DNA of 64,000 nt from Trichosphaerium sp. ATCC 40318 (lineage: Eukaryota > Protista > Tubulinea), in the NCBI GenBank assembly GCA_038496445.1, contig JALMLS010000092.1, positions 46,861-110,860 of the forward strand, given 5' to 3'. The notes under the pieces were generated by a model. That model saw only the letters and a list, made by a program, of their open reading frames with translations. It did not search any database and had not been told where the DNA came from. Below are positions 10,364 through 21,784 of this stretch, in pieces. How positions within the stretch are numbered: the first letter of the stretch is position 1; each line of letters opens with the position of its first letter. The position numbers and the translations under genes were made by a program.

Positions 10364-12614
10364 ATGGAGTTGCGCGCAGGTATTATTTTCCTACATACTT
10401 ACGCTCTCCGTAACTAAATTACTAGTGATTATTGTTATTCTAGCAAATCTGTTATTAGCTTTTGGATCTAGTGTGACAGTTCAAATTAGTGATACAGTAG
10501 TGTCAAAGCCAATAGCACCTAATTTCGCCGGATTTTCAATTGAGGTCAGTAAAAAATGAACTGAGAATAGTTAAACGACTTTTTTGCTTTGTCACGTGAT
10601 ATTTTCACACGTGTGACGGATGAAAAGATGACTCATTACTAATAGGTCAGTGGGGCTATGGGAATGGTAGGACAACATCCAGCACCACCAAAGCCAGCAT
10701 TTGTTCAACTCGTTAAGAACTTGTGTGTCACCCCTGACCAACCAGGAACGATATTACGGTATGTTGATAGTAGTATAAGATACAGGTTACATACTCGTTG
10801 CGAAATTAACAAGATTGCAGTATTGGTGGAGATTCAGCTGATGTTTCTTGGTAAAACAGCAAATCACTAGTGCACTTTATTTAATACATGTTTTTTCGTT
10901 AGGTGGAATCCTGATCACTTACCTCGTCCTCCCTTCATAAAATATGATATCACAGAACACGACTTGATATCTGTCGATAACTGTGTACGCCAATTTAATG
11001 GCTCTTGGATCCCGGGAGTTATTTTCAGACCAGTACGAGTCCCTATCCTATTGCGCTTTTTTGTAATTCTTTCTGTTCAGGGAAACAATGCTACATGGGC
11101 TTTCAATCATGTAAATGCTATTGCCAAGTACACTGGTTGGAGTCATGTCAATGCTATAGAAATTGGTAATGAAGTAGATCGGTTTGTTGCGGCAGGAATA
11201 CGGTAATTCTTTATACTAGTTTTACCAATAACGTATTGACACTTTGAAAGACCATCAAATTGGACGTATGATGACTACCTTAAAGAGTTTAAATTCTTTG
11301 CAGAGTCAATATATAGTACAACAACAATACCTAAGAAGAAAATCCAAGGTGCTACTTATGCAGGTGGAGAGGAGGCGTTCGAAAAAGGTTTGCGTTTTCT
11401 AGCAAGTGCTTTTTCTGATATTTTCCCTGACGTCAGGTTTGCCTTCATACATGGCTTCAAATTTAGATTTTTTGAAAACTGTATCGTATCATAGGTACGC
11501 TGAAAACAAGTGCACTGGCCATCCGACGATTGATATACTAATGGAAGACCACTCAACAATACATTTGGTGCGTTAGGACTTTTCATATATTTTCCATAAA
11601 TGTACAAATCCCGAGACCTCTTTTATAACCTCTAGCCTCAATTCTGTTTTTTAAATCACATCGCAAGCTCATCAATGTTAGGCAGAGTCAATGGAAAAGT
11701 ACATTCAAGCCGCAGATAAACTTGGACTAAAGTACTTTATTGGCGAGTCGAATTCAGTTGCTTGTGGTGGAATGAAAAATGTCAGGTTCGTACTCCTCCA
11801 ACTGGCATGTGTTTACTAAAATAAAACGTAGTGATGTCCTAGCAGCCTCTCTTTGGGCAACAGATTTCATGTTCAACTTAGTAAAAGTACTGTCAAAAAA
11901 ATTAAATTTTACAAAAAGTAGTTTCTTTCTGACAATAATTTTGAGGTTGGTGCAGCAGGTATAAATTTTCATGGTGGTCCTCATGGTATATACGGTGCTA
12001 TTAATTTTGATTATACCGATATAAATAAACCAGATGTTCGTCCTTTATACTATGGTACCACAACTTGCTTTTTTTTTTTTTCAATCGAAAGTAACTAAAC
12101 AAAAAAAAAGCAATGTGGCTTTTTGCGACAACAACAAGTCATCACTCGGTATTATTGGATGCTTCAGTGCAATCTGATGATAGTTTGATTAAAACATGGG
12201 TTGTGAATAATCAAGATCGGTACATAGTCGTCATCATACACAAGAACTACAAAGGTACATTTTGAACAACTTTCCGAAAGCAACTTATGGACGTATTTTG
12301 TAGGATCAACTGCTTCTGTATCTGTATCCGCTCCTGGGAAAACAGCCCCCAAAGCTACCTTAAAAGTATTAGAAGGGAAAGAGGGCATTCTTTCTCACTA
12401 CGGTATCACCTACGCTGGTACATGATGTCACTTTTAATCAAAAACAGAAATCTGCTAATTACTCTTCTGCTTCTTAGGACAAACTTTTGATGGCACTACA
12501 GATGGTCTCCCTATTGGTACCATATCTCCTCTTTATATTGAGCAAAAATCTGGACTCTTTGAGTTCAGTGTAAAGCCGGCTACTATCGCAGTGCTAGAAG
12601 TCACCAAAATGTAG
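10364..12614 (+). CDS. Secreted glycoside hydrolase family 79 (beta-glucuronidase/heparanase-like)
   Basis: Signal peptide MELRAVIIVILANLLLAFG; motifs FAGFSIE, IEIGNEVD (acid/base), IGESNSVACGG (nucleophile), SDVLAASLWATDF, GINFHGG, VRPLYY; multi-exon; TAG at 12612-12614. Confidence 0.88.
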
Positions 12615-13241
12615 AAGAGGACAAAATCCAAAATAACTAATTTGTCCATGATTCACAAAACAATACAATATTCTCAGCCGCTTTGCGCAAGTTCATTCTC
12701 TCTGACTATATTCTAATCACGTGCGCTAAGATTTCCTGGTGTGGAAGTGTACAACTAACGCGGATTAAATAACTCTTTTACTGCACTTGAAAAAGATTCG
12801 TTTTGTGGGTGTTCTTAAGTCGATGACGAATCTTTGTGACCTCGCTGTGACAACTTTTCTAAAAAATCATTCAAAACCAACCGCCTAAGCTCCAAAACTC
12901 TTCAAAAACAACTCTATTACTATCACACGCGTAAGGGTACCAATATCAACGTTTAACGCTAGTTTAGCTAACCGTTGGTTTAAAAATAGCTATAAAATGC
13001 TTTATCCCTATTAGATAATTTAGTTATCCGTACAAGGCCATTTTTAACGTTACTTAGCTGTCGCTAGTAAGGCCTTAACTAAAATATCAATTAATCAAAA
13101 AAAACTTAACGTGAACGTCATACGAAGCGTTAATAAACAAAACAATCTATAAATCTATTCAATAGCCCCTTTTTTTCGGTATAAAGAGCGAAATTCACAA
13201 ACCTCTCCTCACATAGTCTTAAATTCTCGAAGTATAACACA

Positions 13242-14799
13242 ATGGACGTCAACAACCCATCACTACGGTTTGGGTACGTATTAATGTCCGATTGGCGATA
13301 GTCGTTTAGCTGACTTGAACGCAGGTATTACACAGCAACCCGCAAAATGTCTCTGTGCCACGCATTTGCCTCTTGGGTACAAGAGTGGGCATTATCACAA
13401 GGTGTTAGCATAGAAACAGTGCCTATTAACCTTGAAGACGATCTAGATCGCCAGGTAATACTATTATCAAGTGTTTAAGCTTATGACTAATCTAGGGACC
13501 ATTCGATGTTGTTGTAACAAAGGTAACACACCTTACAGTAAAGCAAGACCAAGACAGAAAGGCAAAAGAGGCATTAAATAACGTTGTAAACTATTTAGAG
13601 CGCCACAAAGGTACAATTTCTTCAAACTGCGGAAAAAGAAAAAAAAAAAATCAAATTTTTCATGTTAAAAAAGAACCCGTGTATCGTACTCCTAGATACG
13701 TATTTAATAACTACATTTTAATATTAAGCCTTAATTTTATGGTTAATTTCATTTTCAGCTAACTTTTTTTTTTTTTTCTCTCAGAAGTCGTTCAGCTTGA
13801 TCCAGTATCAGCTCAAGTAGCCTGTACAAATAGATTTGAGATGACTTACATTTTCGAGTATTTGAACCGAAAATTGGCGTCTATTGACGTTTATTGTCCA
13901 CCTACTACGCTTGTACCTGATGATAATAAGCCTCTTACGGCGTATGTAAACTCAGAATTCAAATTCCCCGCAATTGCAAAAACTGTACAGGTACTCTACG
14001 CGCAAAACCATTCTCAAAGCATTTTCTGACCTATAAAAACCCACAGGCCTGTGGCGCTAAATGTGCACATGAGATGGTGCTTGTATGGTCTTTAGATGAT
14101 ATAAATCGGTTTAAACGCCCTTTAATAGTACAACCATACCTGAATCACAACGTACGACGAATTTAGCGACTTTTTGTTCAATCTTTTGTTTTTATTGTTT
14201 CTTTTCTCTCTTCTTTTGGTTTACTCATGTCTTATAGGCTACAATGGCGAAAGTATACGTTGTTGGATCTGATTCTACGGTTATTAAGCGTAAATCTCTA
14301 CCAAATCTAAAACCAGAGCCTCAGCATGATCCTGTCTTTTTTAATAGTCAGAAGTATAAGCATACTGTACGATTTGAAACTTGACAATAACTTTTTGACT
14401 AAAACTTCCTTTTTTAGGTTCCTCCTGGACTTGTTGAAGCGGCAGATGCCGGTAAGGCTCAGTTACCTTCTCAAGATGTTATAGACGCAATCACAAAGGT
14501 ATAGAGACGCTCTATTTTTCTAAAACAAACTAAAAAAGTCTCCATCTCTCCGTTGCTTTTTTTTTTTTTTTGACGAGTTTTCGTACTGACTTAAGTAGGC
14601 CCTATCTGATCTATTAGAACTGTCTCTTTTCGGATATGACCTTATTACTGATAGTGAGACTGGAAAGCATGCTATAATTGATATTAATTACTTTCCTGGT
14701 TACTCAGAAGTGGCCAATTTCAATTTGAAACTTTTTCACCATATGTTGAGTATGTATAAAAAAAAGCACGGTAGTTTACCGTTTACAATTAAGGAGTGA
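13242..14799 (+). CDS. ITPK1: Inositol-tetrakisphosphate 1-kinase (ATP-grasp)
   Basis: Spliced motifs GPFDVVVTKVT, FPAIAKTVQACG..AHEMVLV, PLIVQPYLNHN, KVYVVG, RKSLPNL, LFGYDLI, IIDINYFPGY; TGA at 14797-14799. Confidence 0.9.
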
Positions 14800-15021
14800 A
14801 TGGTTTGGTGGTGTATAAAATAAACATGTACTGTAGCGTTTTAAAAGGGGTCCTCCGTGTCGTATTTATTTTTATCCGTATTTTGCTTTTATGTTTGTTT
14901 TAGAAGGTATGAGTTACCGGATTCGCGTATATATGGTATGGTCTTTCTGTTGCGCGTACAGTAGCAAGTAACGGTTCATGTTTTACATTTGACTTTTATG
15001 GTACTGCTTAAAAACTGTTAA

Positions 15022-17445
15022 ATGAGGAACCTTCAGCGAAGGCGGTATACCCAGGGTAGGTTTGGACGTAAACAATGGCCTTGCCTTTGGATGTTAACCG
15101 ACATGCGTGTCGTTTGCTTTGGATGCTTGTTGATGTATATGGCGGTCACTGTCGCGTTTTTGGCACAGAACGGATCTTTGTACGGCACAGAGATTACCAC
15201 GCCGAAATTACTAGTCGGGTGCGGTCAAAACGCTTGTGAGTACGCTAACAAACCGTTAGAAAACCTATGGCATCTCCAGCTGAAAATATTTATAAAACAG
15301 CCACGTTTTACGGGTACTATCGGTTTTTTCAACTGCTTCTTCGTAATAGCCGCCTGTAATTGACGCTTGACATTTACTTATTTTATAAATCAGCTACGCA
15401 CGGTTAGTAGGACTTTTAAGTGGCGAAATAAAGAGCGGAGCACCATCAGAGTACGAACTACAGCATTATTAATCAATATAAGCTTATTTTATCAAATCAG
15501 AACGATAGACGCTCTTGGTATACTAGAAGTAGCGTTATATTCACTAAGAAACGCTAAAATATGGCTCAAAAGCCAGGAGACTGAGCTGGCAAAAATAAAC
15601 GCTTTACAAAGGCAAGAATTTTTTTTTCTTTTCAAATTCGACTTTGTTGTCGCCCTGAAAGGGTCACCAGCGATAATTTTTTATAATTGGGTCTTGAAAC
15701 TACTAGTTACTAGTGTGTTGCAACTATTAAAAATGCACATTTGTTGATACACGACATACACGTGATAATTTCGATTTTTTTTTTGTTTTGATTTTTGGTT
15801 TTTTTGTTGACCTTTCTGTATAGTGTCGTTGAGTCAACTCTTAAGGACTTTACAACTGGTGTTATTAGAGATGTTCCTAAACTTATGCAAGTATCAAAGG
15901 ATGTATTAGAAGGACTTGCTGTCCAGCTGAATGACCTAAAGTCCTTAAAACTTCCAGAAACAAAACGCAATAAAATTCAGGTGAATCAAATCTCAAGCGA
16001 AGAAAAAACCTACGGGGAAATGAGGACATTAAATGATGGAAACAAAATGGTAAACAAAAGCTCAATCTAAAGATGATTTATCTTTTTCTTCGAATTTTTC
16101 TTGTTTTTTTCTAATCCGCTTTGTACTAGCCTACAGTTGGTCTTGGTAAGTATAAATTACATAAAATAGTTTCAGTATATTTATATTGATGGTAAGGAAC
16201 GTGGCAGTTAGTAGGGAAGACATGTCAAGAAGCAGTTAAGCAATAGTTTCAGTTTTTTTTATTTTCGATTTCTTCTCGTATTAAAGTTTTCTCAAGGTGA
16301 AGCACGCTCTGAAGAGCGGTTATCAACGTATATCCACGGCTGGTAATTACCAAAACGAAGCAGATATCGGTATTGGTTGGACTAGTAGTGGTGTACGAAC
16401 CGTTGAAAAGAACTTCAGTGAACAACACTTCATAATAAGTTTCATAGGCAAAAAGATCAGATTTCTTCTTATCTACAATGATAGAAGCTCCAGATTTTGG
16501 AACTGATAAAGCAAAACAAAAGTTTGAACAGCAACTGAGAGAATTAAAGACAGATTACATCGATCTGTACATGCTACATTCACCAGGCACGTGAACACGT
16601 TTTTTTTATTAAACAAAGATATTTTTGAGTCCTTCAACGTTTTGGCACGTGAAGCGTGCCTTTAAGGAAGTTTGGAGGGTTTTTTGTGTACTTGCTGTTG
16701 TTCTGATTGTATTCGTTTCTTTAGGTGCCGATAACCTGCAAAGAGAAACGTGGGCGTTCCTGGAGTCTATGGTTGCAGCAGGGAAGATAAAGTCTCTTGG
16801 GATATCAAACTTTCAAGTTCCTGAGCTTCAACATCTACTCAGTTATGCTAAAATCAAACCTGTTCTTCTTCAAAACAAGTACAGCATATACCACAGAGGT
16901 ACGTATCGATAATTGGTGACAAAAGGGTTTTTTTGTGAAGGTGTCTCAATGCTTTTGTTTTATTATTCAGTGTTGATGTTCTAACCATGTTTGTAAGGTG
17001 CTCAACTTCGTTTTAATGCGAAAGAAGATGTGTACACATTATGTGAAACCAATAATATTGTCTTAGAAGCATACAGTCCTAATAGGTACGGACTAAAGGG
17101 ATTTTTTTGTAACCTTTTTTTTAACACATTGTAGTGGTTGGCCTTTTGCTCTTCGACCTGCTCAGGATCCTCATATACTCGCCATTGCAAAGAATAAAGG
17201 CATACCACCACAGTTAGTGATATTGAGATGGTTAATTCAACATGGTATTGTAGTTATTCCGAGGTACACCACCGCGAAAGCGAAACCAATTTTTTATTGA
17301 TTTTTGTATTTTTTTTAGGTCTGGTAATCCCGATCATATCAAGCAGAACTTGGATGTATTAGGTATTTCTCTTAGCAAAGAAGAGATGCAGTCGATTGAT
17401 GACATCAAGTATATGGTCACTTCTCCTATAAATGTAATGCCATAG
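15022..17445 (+). CDS. Aldo-keto reductase family protein with an N-terminal membrane anchor and helical extension; catalytic Asp and Lys substituted
   Basis: LNDGNKMPTVGLGTWQ, DYIDLYMLHSP, GKIKSLGISNF, LEAYSP, IPRS..HIKQNLDV. The N-terminal extension is joined through 13-nt (15301-15313) and 16-nt micro-exons and two GC-AG introns; TAG at 17443-17445. Confidence 0.8.
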
Positions 17446-17638
17446 TAGCTACTCTTTAACGCAACAAACACATTGTACAGAAAAAAAAGAAAACAAAGAA
17501 AGAGTCTCATATTTTTAGTCAAGCACATTTATCTCTTTTTGCTACTTAACTTTGTCATCTCGAAGTTTAAAAAAGTCCGTGGTCACGTGCTTATTTTGAA
17601 TACCTTGGCAGAAAAATACTTAACGGTTACATTTGCAG

Positions 17639-20600
17639 TTAGACATGACAATATATTATGTTTGCAAGTATCAAAATGACAAAGCTGAGTGAGGAGATAG
17701 TTTCCCCAGCGCTTGTTTGTGAAGAACATTTATCAGGTCCAAAGCTCATGAGTATTCTAAAATATGTAAGATCTACGTAAGTAGTAACAGAAGTGTATAC
17801 CCAGTATTTGACTTTTGGGGAATGTCATTAAAACAATTCTTGTCTCTGTTTGTCTGTATATTATCTATGGCACCAACAATACAATTAGCAGCAACAAGGT
17901 TAATTAAGGTTAGCTGCGCTTGTGAAATGTCAACTGTAATTCTGGCAGCTATTGTTAAACAACCTACTGCAATATAAGAACTTAGAGTTTAATTTCAAAG
18001 AAGGTGCATTCCTGTAACTGTTAGTACGACATCATCTGTACCATAGTCAATTGGAAGTGTTATTGTTATCTGACTCACAATATTAAGATCACCTTGTATC
18101 AATATTGGTTGATCTATGATTGCTTGTTCTGGAAGTGTGATGTTGATTGGAAGGCTTCGACAAACTCCAGGACAATTGAGACTTCCCAATGTTTCACAAG
18201 CTATTCCTGACTCGTTACAAAAGTAATTTCCACTAAATGAATCAAATTGGTCACTATCACATGTTAATGCTCGTAAATGGGTAGCGGTAATGTATTGGAT
18301 TGGAATTACCAGGTATTGACTTCAAAAGGAACAGATGGACACCAAAATCTATTGTTGGATACATCTCTAATAGTTATATTTAGCACGTGATATTTGAACA
18401 AACACTTACAGTTCAGGAATATCTTTGAGGTATCCAGGCAAGGGTCCATACAATTCATTATCACTTAAATCTCTGTTGAGTAAATTTTTTAGTTTCGCTG
18501 ACAATGAAGTCTCTCTATGTACAGTTTTCGAATATGAGGCACGTCAACATTGTCTTTTGGAAGCTCTCCTTCAAATGAGTTTCTATTCAAAAGCAAAGTA
18601 TCAACTTTGAGCTGAAATGTTGATGCTGTGATAGATCCTGTAAACTTGTTTCCACTCAAATCTCTTGTGCACGAGTGTAAACACTTGTACTGTGGAGTGA
18701 TACGTACAGTTTATCTATTTCCACTTGTTTGTTAAACATTGGAATAGATCCAGAAAATAGATTATTAGCAAGAAGACTAGGAGAACATTAGCGCCTAATA
18801 AAAATAGGAAAAGCTACAATCAACAACTTACATTGTCCCAGCTTTGGCGTGTTTAAAATTGTCAAGGCCACCTGAGAACTTATTACCACTTAAATCCCTA
18901 TTAACTAAGTTAGTTTACATCACCACGTGGTAGAAGATGCGCGTACAAATCAACATTGTAATGAGCAATTGCTGGAGGAAGATCACCTGATAGATTGTTG
19001 TTAGGAACATATCTAAGGGGGTTACAGTAAGTAAAACATTCTCAATGACTTCCTCGGTCATACAAAATGTATAATATCTTGTCATTGTCAAAAGGTATTT
19101 GTGGTAGACTTCCAGAAAATAGGTTATCTCGAGCTCGGCTTTACAATAGAATTAGTATCAACTGCCAAGAACAAAGTCACGTACAAATCGTAGACATCAA
19201 ATATCCAATCTGGAATAGTCCCGTTCAACCTGTTATTTGCAACATCCCTTTCAAATACAGCGTCAAGATGTGTGTAATCAAAGAACGTACAAATAGATTA
19301 AAGGGAGGCTACCAAGGAAGTCAGGAAGGTTTCCTTCCAAATCACAATCAATAAGGCTCCTAAAAGATATTGGAATACGTCTGATAGCATACATGATAGT
19401 CATACAGATGTGTTAGTTTAGATAAACTTGCGAAGTTTTGAGGGATTTCACCCAGAGATTTCCCGTCAATAGACCTATGAGTATTAGTCAGTGCCTCCAT
19501 AATACCCTCTTTATTTTGCTCGGTGATTGTACAAGTTTATCATATCTTCAAACGCTGGTGGTACCAAACGTGATACATCCAAGTCATCTATCAGTGATTG
19601 TGTACCGCTGATGCGTCTGTTGGCGAGTGTTGAGTACTATATAAGTCTTAAACACGTACAGCACTTCTAAACCATTTCCGTATATTTGCTCAGGGATTGT
19701 CCCATGGATAGAGGTGAACTCAAGAGTACTAACGAAATAAATTAACACGGTAAAGGTGAAGGGCTTACAGTGTTTTCAAGGCAGATTCAGGAGGGACATA
19801 TGGAATAGGACCACTAATTGAGGTGTATGATAGAGCGCTTAAAAACAAAAGTAAGGTTGTCTTGTTCTAAAAAACACGTGATTTGTGTTGTACTTACAGA
19901 AGCTCAAGTTGAGGAAGACTTGTAAATAAATTTGTTGGAATGGTTCCCATTATGTTATCATCACGTGATATAGTTCTACACAGAAATTAGCATCATATTC
20001 AACAACAGTAACGAACAGTTCACGAAGTTGTGTAAGTTGCACGATGGATGCAGGAATAGTTTGTGGTACACTTTGAATATCTCCTAGGTGATATCGAAAT
20101 GAGACAACAAAAATATAAAAAAATAAAACTTCCTGCACCGCCATACCACGAAGAAATCTACAAAGAAGTAAACAATTTGCCACAGCAAATGAAAATATGA
20201 TGACGTACAAAATCTCAAGATTTGTGAGTTTTCCAGGATTCAATGTAAGCGTCCATGATATACTATCAGTGTCTAGGACTCTTGAAAAACGTTTTAGTAT
20301 ATACCAAAGAGGAGTGTTTCTTACAAAACAGTGAGTGAGTCCAATCCATCAAAGGCGTCATCACTCAACTTCAAATCAATGTTCTCACGTATACGCCTAA
20401 CACGTTTGGTTACAACAATACAAACGGCGGTTGACGCTAACACTTCAATTATGGCATCTGATGAATCACATATCACGCCGGCATACTTGCAGGGCTAATA
20501 ATGATATTTAAAAGCAAACACGGATAGTAAAATTGATAAATAAAGCCACGCACGTGAAATAAAGGGTCATGTGAGTACACATCGCTCAATGCCGTTATGA

Positions 20601-20685
20601 AATCGGTTTGGGCATACGATACATTCAGTATCACTAGAAGTAGAACCAAGAATGAAGTCATTGAAATAAGATTCATTCTCGACAT
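17639..20685 (-). CDS. Surface LRR protein 1 (signal peptide, Cys cap, about 18 plant-type LRRs, Cys-rich cap, juxtamembrane domain, predicted GPI signal)
   Basis: MSRMNLISMTSFLVLLLVILNVSYAQ; exons such as DLSGNKFSGGLDNF, YVPNNNLSGDLPPAI, DVSNNRFWCP; C-terminus SSQTSAGETISSLSFVILILANIIYCHV* with no cytoplasmic domain. Confidence 0.88.
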
Positions 20686-21784
20686 GTAGAGTGCTAAAAC
20701 GGTGTTGTTATAGACTCAACTTGAATTGGATGTGGTAGCTTTGTCAATGTAGTAACTTTAACGCTCCACAATACAATACAGTAGCCTAGAGAACTTGTAA
20801 CATAAAAAGGTACCTCTGATTGAAATGTTTTATCTCTAAAATTGTAGCTCACTTGTCACGTGACTTGACTTGAATTGGTAAAAATCCAAATGAGTAGTAC
20901 GCAACTTGTGGAGCCCAAGACTTTGTTCTATTCTTGATTTAAGCCATCTAGACTTATAAACTGGCTATTGGTAGTTAGTAAAACAGGATTTTGGTAGTTT
21001 ATATTTTAATGTAAGGGTTCAGAGACGCCAGATGACAGCTTCTTTATCTCTACGAGGTTGGGCCATTTTTGTTCACACTCCGACTGGTTCCCACATCTAC
21101 ACTTTTAACAATGACACGTGATACAAAGTTTCTTTACCACAGAAATTATTACGAACACGAAAGTTTTTTCTCACGTGACTATGTGAAGTCAGGAATGATT
21201 GACAGGTTGTTCCCACTTTTAAAATAAAAATACATGATATGGTTCACAAAAATGAGTATAAGCGTGGTGCGTGTAAGGCATACGGTATTATATTATTCAG
21301 TCTTTTAACCGTTTCATTCAAGGTTTGGCTTCTATTGTGACAAGACACTACAGTTCTTTATAGCTATCACCATATGAACATTCTTTGCCTGTCACTTTTC
21401 TTGTGGATTCAAAAGCCATCAGCAATGTGTATATATTATCAAGGCATATCGTACCTTAAACAGTAAGAAGACATAGCAGAGCTGAAAAGTTATGAGTTCT
21501 TTACAAAGACACCGTTAATTTGACCATAAAGTGTAAATACTCAAACGTTTGCTCGATATTTTGAAAAGAAAATAGCTTCCCAAAGGTAAAGAAGAGGCCC
21601 GAGATGAGAGGAGTTCTTTATTATGTTCACTCTGTCAGGCTTTAGTTCATTACACTAGGTTCTTTTCACGTGATATAGTTATGTTGACTAGTTATCTTTT
21701 GTTAAATGCAAGAACGGGTGTCTGAACTTAGCATATTATTGTATAATAAGCAGGAACGATTATTTTATTCTATTTTAGGTTGTC

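Noticed and set aside
10543-10651. 8-bp direct repeat AGGTCAGT at both junctions of a GH79 intron (introner/TSD-like)
   Set aside because: AGGT is expected from splice consensus; a further 4-bp match is likely by chance among the many introns here, and no second copy of the intron was seen.
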